Shown here: positions 1-7,197 of the stretch, in pieces
Layout: each line of letters opens with the position of its first letter
Numbering within the stretch: position 1 is the first letter of the stretch
Source of the DNA: an uncultured Alphaproteobacteria bacterium
Lineage (GTDB): Bacteria > Pseudomonadota > Alphaproteobacteria > Rhizobiales > Kaistiaceae
NCBI GenBank assembly: GCA_963781775.1
Contig: CAWAHE010000011.1
Span: 130,312-194,311, forward strand
Length of the DNA: 64,000 nucleotides
Reading direction: 5' to 3'
Position numbers and translations under genes: made by a program
Notes under the pieces: generated by a model
The model's input: only the letters and a program-made list of their open reading frames with translations
Databases searched by the model: none
What the model was told of the DNA's origin: nothing

Positions 1-776
1 GACGATGATCGCGCCCGAACACGGCCGCACGCCGACGGCGACGATCGCCGACCACGCCCGCGCCAGACTGGAGCGCAGCGGGATCGGGTTGCCCTGAGCC
101 GGACGGGCATGGCCGTGATGATCGTATGATCGTTGTGCTCGTGGTCGTGCGCATGGTCGTGATCATGGTGGGCATGGTCGTCGTGGGCGTGGTCGTCACC
201 AACACCGTGATGATGGTGGTGATGGTGACCGCCGCCGAACGTCTTTGCCCACAGAAGCCAGGCGCCGACCGCCGCGACCAGCGCGTAGCTCAGAATCTCG
301 AACCAGTCCGTCGCCGCGGTCATGGTGACGGCCGTGACGTGGAAGATCAGCGCCGCAACGCCGACGATGACAACCGCGCTGACCGCCTGAACGAAGGCCG
401 CCATGAACGACAGCGCGATGCCGCGCTTCACGGTTTCGCCGGACGACACCAGATAGGCGCTGATCACGGCCTTGCCGTGGCCGGGTCCGGCCGCATGAAA
501 GACACCATAGGCAAAGCTGAGGGCAAGCAGCAGCCACACCGCCCAGCCGTTCTGCTTGATATCGGTGAGCGCGTGGGTGAGGCCCTGATAGAATTCGCTC
601 TGGTAGTAGGCGATCTGCATGAAAAAGGGACGAAGCGGCCCGCCGAAGGCGCCCGGCCCCGGCGAATCGGGCGTGGCGATGCCAAACGGGCTGGCCGCAT
701 GGGCGCCACCGGCCACGGCAACCGCGACGAGGAAGGCGACGGCAAAAAGCGCCGCGCATTTGCGGGCGGCGCTCAC
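1..776 (-). pseudogene. NicO/RcnA-type nickel/cobalt transporter (COG2215-like). The 3' end lies beyond the window edge and the reading frame is interrupted inside the His-rich loop.
   Basis: I translated the minus strand from the GTG at 776, which overlaps the upstream stop at 773-775 as GTGA. That frame gives a hydrophobic N-terminus, FHAAGPGHGKAVISAYLV (codon phase of nt 500) and a GHHHHHHH..HDHDHAHDHEH tract (230-126). The conserved C-terminal ..AWSAIVAVGVRPCSGAIIV (60-1) is in another phase. That phase has stops at 193-195 and 163-165, so the frame switch must lie below 163. Confidence 0.8.
118..133. repeat. Perfect 8-bp tandem duplication, ATGATCGT x2 (coding strand ACGATCAT x2)
   Basis: Positions 118-125 and 126-133 are identical. 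Deleting one copy joins ..HDHEHNDH to HGHARPAQGN..VGVRPCSGA in a single frame. Confidence 0.9.
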
Positions 777-1432
777 GGGCAATCGACCGTAATCAGATTG
801 GCGAGGCCGGCCGCCGCATCCTGCAACTCGGGCGGCAGATCGTGCTGGTCGGCGGGAATCGCGGACAGCATGGCCATCGTCTGGGCCGTCAGCTCCTGCG
901 GCGGATGGTACGCGGCAGTGCAACCCGCCGGCGCCCCGTCGAGCGTCACCGGTGTGTCCTTGGGAAAGGTGAAGGCCACGAAATACTCGGGATCGAAGAC
1001 CTCGAGCGTCGCCTTGCCCTTGATCTTCACGGGCGCCTTCAGCGGCAGCGTGTAGAACAGCGTCAGCCGGCCGCCATGAAATTCGAGCCAGTATTCGGTC
1101 GGCGGCACGAAGGGAAATTTCTTCTTCCCCTCCCGCAGCCACGTGAAGAAGTCGTACTCCTTGAGCGAGTCGACGTTGACCTTGGCGAGCGGCGCGAGCT
1201 CGTCGTCGCTGAGTTTGCCGTCGCCATTCGCATCGAGGCCCTGAATGGCGAAAGCGGTGAACGCCTCGTCGAACTGCCAGATGTGACGGACGGCTGTGAC
1301 CTCGCCGGCCGCATCGAAGACGATCTCCGCGCGCGCATCGACGAAGACATGCGGGTGCGCCAGGGCCGGAGCCGACGCCACGACCGGCAGCGCGGCGGCC
1401 AGCGCCCATGCAGCGCGGCGAAGTGCGGTCAC
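773..1432 (-). CDS. DUF1007 family periplasmic protein, the usual partner of NicO-type Ni/Co transporters
   Basis: This is ORF 773..1651. A signal peptide (TALRRAAWALAAALPVVASAPALA) is followed by HPHVFVD. I chose the GTG at 1432, which is preceded by GGGAGA. An alternative ATG at 1516 overlaps the upstream stop as ATGA. The stop overlaps the nicO start as GTGA. Confidence 0.8.
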   Translation of the reverse strand: MTALRRAAWALAAALPVVASAPALAHPHVFVDARAEIVFDAAGEVTAVRHIWQFDEAFTAFAIQGLDANGDGKLSDDELAPLAKVNVDSLKEYDFFTWLREGKKKFPFVPPTEYWLEFHGGRLTLFYTLPLKAPVKIKGKATLEVFDPEYFVAFTFPKDTPVTLDGAPAGCTAAYHPPQELTAQTMAMLSAIPADQHDLPPELQDAAAGLANLITVDCP

Positions 1433-1512
1433 GACCCGTCTCCCATGCGCGGCATGGATTTCCGCCGCATTGGGGCCGATTCGCGGCGAATCCGCGTGGC
1501 AAAAGGACGCGT

Positions 1513-2880
1513 TCATGGCGAAGCCGCCATGCGCGCCTGCTTGTCGGCAAGCGCCTGCTCGATCTCGATAATCCAGTCGACCTCCTCGCCACGCGCAGCG
1601 CGCTTCTTGCGGATCAGCGCCAGATTGCGCGCCGTCGTCTCCGGCTCCCACACTTCGCGCACGATGGCGAGCGCCATCTCGGCATTTTCCTGCGCCGCAT
1701 CGCGATCACGGGCGAGGACCGCGATCTCGAGCAACGTCGCATAGTCCCAATAGTCGCCCGTATGATCCTCGCCTCCGCGCACGCGCTGGGTCGCCGCATA
1801 GCGGACCACAGCAGCCAGATCGCCAAAGGCAGGATCCTGCTTGTCCTCCATGTCCATGAGCGTCAGCGTATTGACTCCCGGATAGGGGTCGCGCCAGTCG
1901 GCCTCGAAGCCGGCGCGATAGGTTGCGAGCGCCCGCTTGAGCAGGCCGCGCGCCTCGAAACTGCGGCCGGCTTCGTCCGCGATCTGCCACTGGTCCTTGT
2001 AGATGCGCCCGAGCAGACCGTTGGTCTCGCTGCTCTGACCGAACTCCTTGATGACATCGGCGAGCACACGCTCGGCGTCCGCCGTGCGGCCGATGCGGTT
2101 GAGGGCGAAGCCGAACTGTTCACGCATCATGCGCGCCTGCTGCAATTCGCGCGGCATCCGCTCGTAGAGTGCGACCATCTCCGCGCATCCGGCCTTGCCG
2201 ACCGCGCGGAAGGACAGCATCAGATCGACGATGACTCCGGCCTCGACATTGCGGAGGTCGGCAAGATTGTGATCCGCTGCAACCGCCCTGACCGCGTCGA
2301 GGCCAAGCTTGCGCGCCTCGGCGAGCCGGGTCTTGTACCTCTCGGTGATCGCCACCCGATCGCGGAAGATGTCGGTCTTGACGTGGTCGACCTCGTGCCG
2401 CGGCATGCCATCGACGAGCTGAAACAGCGGGCTGTCGTCGTTGCCATCGGCGTGAGCACTGGCGAGACGGGCGGCGATGCGCTCGACATCGCCGTCGACG
2501 TCGGTGAGACCACCGGACGCATCCATGCGGTAGGGCGTGCCGCGCTGCGAGGCGACGTCGAACGGCAGCGCCGTGCCCTCGGCGAAGACGATAACCGTGC
2601 TGCGCGGCCTGAGCGCATGGCGGATGCCAAGTTCATAATAGACGTTGGGATTGGCGCCGGTGACATCGGCGACGGCGTAGTCGCACAGCATCAGCCGCTC
2701 GAACATCGGCTTGTGGATCGTGCCGCCGACCTGCTCCTGGTCGGCGCGGATCACGTCCATGTCGGCGGCGAGGACCGCCGGGGCGATGATGCGATCGTAA
2801 ACCGCGTCGAAGTCGATCTGCCGTCCGGTCCCGTCGGGCTTGCGTCCGAACGGCATCAGCACGAAGCAAAGTGGCTTCAC
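1513..2880 (-). CDS. TRAF-binding-domain (DUF4071) TPR protein with an N-terminal TIR/nucleoside 2-deoxyribosyltransferase-like domain; a bacterial homologue of the ASK1 regulatory region
   Basis: The ORF is 455 aa with a GTG start. The N-terminal 150 aa or so look like a Rossmann fold: CFVLMPFG strand, DVIRAD, CDYAVADVTGANPNVYYELG (Glu83). The remainder is helical repeats carrying GLLGRIYKDQW and DYWDYATLLEIAVL, motifs I recall from the ASK1 central regulatory region. Confidence 0.7.
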   Translation of the reverse strand: MKPLCFVLMPFGRKPDGTGRQIDFDAVYDRIIAPAVLAADMDVIRADQEQVGGTIHKPMFERLMLCDYAVADVTGANPNVYYELGIRHALRPRSTVIVFAEGTALPFDVASQRGTPYRMDASGGLTDVDGDVERIAARLASAHADGNDDSPLFQLVDGMPRHEVDHVKTDIFRDRVAITERYKTRLAEARKLGLDAVRAVAADHNLADLRNVEAGVIVDLMLSFRAVGKAGCAEMVALYERMPRELQQARMMREQFGFALNRIGRTADAERVLADVIKEFGQSSETNGLLGRIYKDQWQIADEAGRSFEARGLLKRALATYRAGFEADWRDPYPGVNTLTLMDMEDKQDPAFGDLAAVVRYAATQRVRGGEDHTGDYWDYATLLEIAVLARDRDAAQENAEMALAIVREVWEPETTARNLALIRKKRAARGEEVDWIIEIEQALADKQARMAASP

Positions 2881-2941
2881 GTTTTCGCTCTCCTGCCCGC
2901 CGCCGCGCCGACTTTACCAGCTTTGGCGGGCCGCGGGACGG

Positions 2942-4126
2942 TCAGCCGCCAAGGATCGCGCGAGCAAGGGAAATCAGCGCCCGATCGCGGCCGGGTGGGC
3001 CGATCAGCGACACGCCGACCGGCGCGCCCTTGACGGCGAGCAGCGGCAGCGAGATCTGCGGGAAACCGGCGTGGCCGGCAATCGACATCATCGCCACCGC
3101 ACGGCCGCGGAAATCCTCGAAGTCCTGTTCGCGCGAGGCAAGCAGCGGCGCGGCATCGGGCATCGTCGGCATCACGATGACCCGGTCGCTGCCCACGATC
3201 TCGGCAACCCGCGCGGCCGCCTTGCGGCGGAACACGACCGCGGCGTCATGCGCTTCCCTTGTGATCGCCTTCGATGCGGCAAAGCGCGTGACCACTGGCG
3301 GGTTCAGGAGCGGTTTGCGCGCCTCGATCCAGGGCCCGTGGCTTTGCCAGGCGTGATAGCCCTGGATCGTACGATAGGCGTCGTACCACTTGTCCAGTCC
3401 CTCCTCCGCGACAACGACGGTGCCATCCGAGGCGAGGTGACGGCCGATCCGCGCGAAGGCGGGTTCAAGCAAGGCCCGCTCGTTCTCGGCCGCAAAGAGC
3501 GCGCAGACATCCTCCGCTACGACCATCTTGCTGAGTGGTGGTCCGGCGACATCCTCGCCGAGCAGCACCGCGCCGACGCGCTCGTAGACATCGGCGGTGC
3601 GGGCGAACCAGCCGACGGTGTCATAGATGGCGGCGAGCGGCATGGTGCCGGAGATGTCGATGCGGCCAAAGGTCGGGCGCAGGCCGATGATGCCGCAGAA
3701 GGATGCCGGCCCGCGCACCGAGCCGCCGGTATCGCTGCCGAGCGCGAAATCGACCAGCCCCGCCGCCACCGCCGCCGCCGAACCCGACGAGGAGCCGCCG
3801 GGCACGCGATCCGGCGCCGCCGGATTGATCGGTGTGCCGTAATGCTCGTTGCGCCCGTCGATCGAAAACGCCAGTTCGGCGGTGTGGGTCTTGCCGACGA
3901 ACGTCGCGCCGGCATCGAGCAGCTTCGCCACACACGCGGCATGGGTGGTCGGCACGGGATCCTCGGCGGTCTTCTCCGGACTGCCGCAGCCGGTCGGATA
4001 ACCGGCGACGTCGTAGATGTCCTTGACCGCGAAGGTCAGCCCCGCGAGCGGGCCCGACGGCGCGTGCGCCACGGGTACGTCGGGATAATCGACGAAGGCG
4101 TGAACCGGATCGGAGGGGATGAGCAT
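2942..4126 (-). CDS. Amidase (amidase-signature family)
   Basis: The ORF is 394 aa and carries the AS motifs GGSSSGSAAAVAAG and GSDTGGSVRGPASFCG. Confidence 0.9.
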   Translation of the reverse strand: MLIPSDPVHAFVDYPDVPVAHAPSGPLAGLTFAVKDIYDVAGYPTGCGSPEKTAEDPVPTTHAACVAKLLDAGATFVGKTHTAELAFSIDGRNEHYGTPINPAAPDRVPGGSSSGSAAAVAAGLVDFALGSDTGGSVRGPASFCGIIGLRPTFGRIDISGTMPLAAIYDTVGWFARTADVYERVGAVLLGEDVAGPPLSKMVVAEDVCALFAAENERALLEPAFARIGRHLASDGTVVVAEEGLDKWYDAYRTIQGYHAWQSHGPWIEARKPLLNPPVVTRFAASKAITREAHDAAVVFRRKAAARVAEIVGSDRVIVMPTMPDAAPLLASREQDFEDFRGRAVAMMSIAGHAGFPQISLPLLAVKGAPVGVSLIGPPGRDRALISLARAILGG

Positions 4127-4135
4127 CGTGACTCC

Positions 4136-5722
4136 TCAAACTGCGATCGCGGCGCCATCCGACCGCGGATCGGACGCGCCGAACAGACGACCATCAGCGC
4201 GGCGGACGATGGCGTCGGCATGTCCAAGCGAATCGGAATGCCGCTCGGGCAGGACGACCGTGCCATGACCGGCGCGCCTGAGCGCCTCGACCACATCCGG
4301 GTCGAAGCCCGACTCCAGGGTCAGTTCGGCGTCCTCGTGGCCCCAGGTCCGCCCGAGCCGCCAGCGCGGCGCATCGATCGCCTCTCCGAGGTCCATGCCG
4401 AAGCAGGCATAGCGCGTGAACACCGCCGCCTGGAACTGCGGCTGGCCGTCGCCGCCCATCGAGCCATAGGGCATGACGCGGCCATCCTTGAATCGCGCCA
4501 GCGCCGGGTTGAGCGTGTGAAACGGCTTGCGGCCGGGGGCGAGCGGATTGGTCGCCTTGGGGTCGAGCGAGAAGCTGATGCCGCGGTTCTGCCAGACGAT
4601 GCCGGTTCGCGGCAGCACGACTCCCGAGCCCCACTCCCAGTAGAGCGACTGGATGAACGAGACGGCGAGACCGTTGCCGTCGACGGTGCTCATATGGATG
4701 GTGTCGGCGTCGGCATTGCCATCCCACGCACTGGCGCGCTTGCGGTCGATCGTGTCGGCCTCGGCGTCGAGCCACTCCGGCGTCAGGAAGCGCTTCACGT
4801 CGTCGCCGAAGGCGGGATCGGTGACTTCCGCATCGCGCACGGCGAAGGCGCGCTTGGTCGCTTCGATCAGGCCGTGGATGTGGTCGAAGCTTTCGCCGCG
4901 CTTCACGCCCAGCCGCTCGAACAGGCCGAGGATGATCAGCGAGGCCAACCCCTGGGTCGGCGGCGGCGTGTTGAAGAGCGTGCAGTCGGCGAGCGCCACC
5001 GACAATGGCGTCGTCAGCCGCGCTTCGTGCTTGCGCAGGTCCTCGCGGGTCACCGGAGAGCCGACTTCCTCGAGGTCGGCGGCGATCTCGGCAGCGACGT
5101 CGCCGCGATAGAAGTCGCCGTAGCCGGCGCGGGCGATCTGGTCGAGCGTGTCGGCGAGGCGCGGCTGCACCATCGGTGACCCGGCCTCGGGCGCATTGCC
5201 GTCGGCGAGGTAATGCGCGGCAAAACCCGGCACGTCCTTGAGGCTTTCGGCATTGTCGATGGTCTTTCGCCATTGGCACGGGCTGACCGGCACGCCCTCG
5301 CGCGCGTGGCGGATCGCCGCGCCCAACAAATCGGCCCGCGACATGCGGCCACCGAGCGCCGCCGCGGCCTCCGCCGCGAGATCCCAGCCCGACACCGCGC
5401 CGGCAACTGTCAGCGCCGCCAGCGGCCCGCGCTCGGGGATCGTGTCGTAGCCCTCCTTGGCGTAGCGGGCGATCGTCGCCAGCGACCCGGCGCCGCCGCA
5501 TGCGTCGATCGAGCGCGGCGGCCGGCCGGGCTCGGCGATGAGGAAGAAAGCATCGCCGCCGATGCCGTTCATCTGCGGATAGACCACGGCAATCGTGGCG
5601 GCCGCGGCAATCATCGCCTCGAGCGCATTGCCGCCTTCGCGCATCACATCGGCGGCAGCTTCCGCAGCCGCCTTGTGCGGCGCCACCGCCATCCCCCGCT
5701 CGCCGACAACCGTCTCGTTCAT
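4136..5722 (-). CDS. Gamma-glutamyltransferase family protein (YwrD-like)
   Basis: ORF 4136..5812, trimmed to the ATG at 5722 (MNETVV). Family blocks are GMAVAPH, VMREGGNALEA, NGIGGDAFFL and PYGSMGGDGQPQ. There is a 9-bp gap to the amidase gene. Confidence 0.85.
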   Translation of the reverse strand: MNETVVGERGMAVAPHKAAAEAAADVMREGGNALEAMIAAAATIAVVYPQMNGIGGDAFFLIAEPGRPPRSIDACGGAGSLATIARYAKEGYDTIPERGPLAALTVAGAVSGWDLAAEAAAALGGRMSRADLLGAAIRHAREGVPVSPCQWRKTIDNAESLKDVPGFAAHYLADGNAPEAGSPMVQPRLADTLDQIARAGYGDFYRGDVAAEIAADLEEVGSPVTREDLRKHEARLTTPLSVALADCTLFNTPPPTQGLASLIILGLFERLGVKRGESFDHIHGLIEATKRAFAVRDAEVTDPAFGDDVKRFLTPEWLDAEADTIDRKRASAWDGNADADTIHMSTVDGNGLAVSFIQSLYWEWGSGVVLPRTGIVWQNRGISFSLDPKATNPLAPGRKPFHTLNPALARFKDGRVMPYGSMGGDGQPQFQAAVFTRYACFGMDLGEAIDAPRWRLGRTWGHEDAELTLESGFDPDVVEALRRAGHGTVVLPERHSDSLGHADAIVRRADGRLFGASDPRSDGAAIAV

Positions 5723-5797
5723 CAAACGCCCCGCCCAGCTCTGCCTTCTTGACCGAGCGGTGGTTTTGCCGGTTCCGCGCGGTGTTGCCAATGCCCC

Positions 5798-5827
5798 TTG
5801 ACATGCAACCATATGGTTGCCTATTGT
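5798..5827 (+). promoter_or_regulatory. Sigma70-like promoter of arsR, with a perfect 16-bp palindromic operator in the spacer
   Basis: TTGACA lies at 5798-5803 and TATTGT at 5822-5827. GCAACCATATGGTTGC (5805-5820) is its own reverse complement. The arsR ATG at 5833 is only about 6 nt after the -10 element. Confidence 0.55.
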
Positions 5828-5832
5828 GACTC

Positions 5833-6147
5833 ATGGATGAGGTCTTCAAGGCGCTTGCCGACCCGACGCGGCGCGAACTGCTCGACAGGCTGAGGGCCGA
5901 CAACGGCCAGACGCTGAACGATCTGTGCGCCCGGCTGGCGATGACCCGGCAAGCGGTGACGAAGCACCTCGCCATTCTGGAGGCGGCAAACCTCGTCGCC
6001 ACCGTCAAGAAGGGACGGGAGAAGCTGCACTACCTGAACCCGGCTCCGATCGGAGAGATCTACGACCGGTGGATCGGCAAATACGAAAAGGCTCGCATCG
6101 CGGCACTCGCCGACCTGAAGCGGGCTCTTGAAGAGAAAGACGAATAG
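5833..6147 (+). CDS. ArsR/SmtB family transcriptional regulator
   Basis: The ORF is 104 aa with a winged HTH: ALADPTRRELLDRL..LNDLCARLAMTRQAVTKHLAILEAANLV. Confidence 0.9.
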   Translation: MDEVFKALADPTRRELLDRLRADNGQTLNDLCARLAMTRQAVTKHLAILEAANLVATVKKGREKLHYLNPAPIGEIYDRWIGKYEKARIAALADLKRALEEKDE

Positions 6148-6199
6148 GGGCGCCCGAGAGCGCCCCCGCGCAAAATCACGGCACAGAAAGGAACAGCAA

Positions 6200-6673
6200 A
6201 TGAGCAGTCGATTTGTCTATGTCACCTATATTCGCACGACGCCGGCCAGGCTCTGGGAGGCGCTGCTGAAGCCGGAATTCACCCGCCAATATTTCTTCGG
6301 GGTCACGATGGATTCCGACTGGAAGGTCGGTTCCCCGTGGAAGATGACCCACCCGGACGGCACCGTCAGCGACGCCGGCGAGGTGATCGAGAGCGATCCC
6401 CCGAAACACCTGGTGCTGAAGTGGCGGAACGAATTTCCCAACCTCAAGCCGGAGGGCTTCACCCGCTGCACCTTCGACATCGCCGCGGAAGGCGATCTGA
6501 CCAAGCTGCAGGTCGTCCACGAGGCCGACATGGACAATTCCAAGACGATCGCGGCGGTCTCCGACGGCTGGCCGAAGATCCTGTCGGGCCTGAAGACCCT
6601 GCTCGAATCCGGCGCCGTCCTGCCGATGGGCAAAGGCGACGCGGAACGGGCCAAGGCAAAGCAGACTGCCTGA
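6200..6673 (+). CDS. SRPBCC domain protein (Aha1/activator of Hsp90 ATPase homologue-like)
   Basis: ORF 6128..6673, trimmed to the ATG at 6200 (preceded by GAAAGGAA). It carries YIRTTPARLWEALLKPEFTRQYFFG and is the usual downstream partner of this ArsR subtype. Confidence 0.8.
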   Translation: MSSRFVYVTYIRTTPARLWEALLKPEFTRQYFFGVTMDSDWKVGSPWKMTHPDGTVSDAGEVIESDPPKHLVLKWRNEFPNLKPEGFTRCTFDIAAEGDLTKLQVVHEADMDNSKTIAAVSDGWPKILSGLKTLLESGAVLPMGKGDAERAKAKQTA

Positions 6674-6721
6674 CACGACGCCCGGCGGCACCGCACCAAC
6701 CCCCAACGCGGGAGCTCATGC

Positions 6722-6766
6722 CCGGGAGGCGGTCGCCGCCTCCCGGACCCCAAGCCAACTTTTTTT
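6722..6766 (+). terminator. Putative terminator after the SRPBCC gene
   Basis: There is a perfect 11-bp stem, CCGGGAGGCGG / CCGCCTCCCGG (6722-6746). A T7 run lies at about 6760-6766, 13 nt from the stem, so this is not a canonical terminator. Confidence 0.4.
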
Positions 6767-6789
6767 GGCGTGGGGTCGAATCGTTCTTG

Positions 6790-7197
6790 ATTGTGAAACC
6801 TTTTGAGCATACGTACGCGGCTGCCCAAATTCGCACGTGCCTGTGGTCGCAAGTGTCCGAGGGCGAACCGCCGGGAAAGGTCCCGGACGCTTCGAAGGAC
6901 GCGGCTTAAAGCAACGACGTAGCGGGCTTTTTTGGTCTCTGCCGGCTTTCCATCCGCCGGGGTTACTGAAGAGGCATCTACATCTTGCCGGGCGTGCGGA
7001 ACGGGTCTCCCGCTCCAAGCGAAGGCAGCGAACGACCGGACTGCCCTGTCCGCCGATCGACTGCCACCCGCAAACCAGCCGGACAATCCGGCAAACCGGG
7101 ACGCGTGTCTCCGGAACGATCGGCTCCACATCGATCGTCCGGGTGCAGGTCGACCGGCGGTTAGCAACGCAGTTCTCGCTTGGGGAGTGCCCTGGGA
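6790..7197 (+). promoter_or_regulatory. Long structured 5' leader of ornithine decarboxylase; candidate alphaproteobacterial speF RNA motif
   Basis: About 0.5 kb upstream of odc has no credible ORF. It contains several hairpins, for example CCGGGA-AAGG-TCCCGG (6871-6886) and CCGGAACGATCG..CGATCGTCCGG (7111-7142). Rfam describes a speF leader upstream of ODC genes in Alphaproteobacteria. I did not check the consensus. Confidence 0.4.

Noticed and set aside
126-1055. 309-aa plus-strand ORF starting MIVVLVVVRMVVIMVGMVVV
   Set aside because: This is the antisense read-through of the His-codon tract and body of the minus-strand NicO and DUF1007 genes. Its Val-rich then Arg/Gly-rich composition is typical of off-strand ORFs in high-GC DNA.
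1433-1651. N-terminal extensions of many track ORFs (for example DUF1007 to 1651, ggt to 5812, dcp to 15497, dppA to 32171/34109, FAD oxidase to 36567, eda to 62962)
   Set aside because: The extensions are Arg-rich, lack homology-like sequence and often overlap neighbouring genes. Internal starts give signal peptides or canonical N-termini and sensible gene spacing.
2840-5179. Very long ORFs antisense to well-supported genes: 2840..5179 (+), 6226..7920 (-), 37432..39777 (+), 41276..43417 (-), 48198..49955 (-), 9615..10628 (-)
   Set aside because: All are Arg/Gly/Pro/Asp-rich and have no recognisable motifs. Each lies opposite a gene with clear family signatures. Stop-codon depletion in high-GC DNA explains their length.
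5833-6147. ArsR regulator as the Ni/Co sensor for the nearby NicO transporter
   Set aside because: The protein lacks the CXC (alpha3) or His/Asp/Glu-rich alpha5 metal sites that I would expect in a metal sensor. It is paired with an SRPBCC gene, a common non-metal ArsR subtype. A regulatory link to nicO remains pure speculation.
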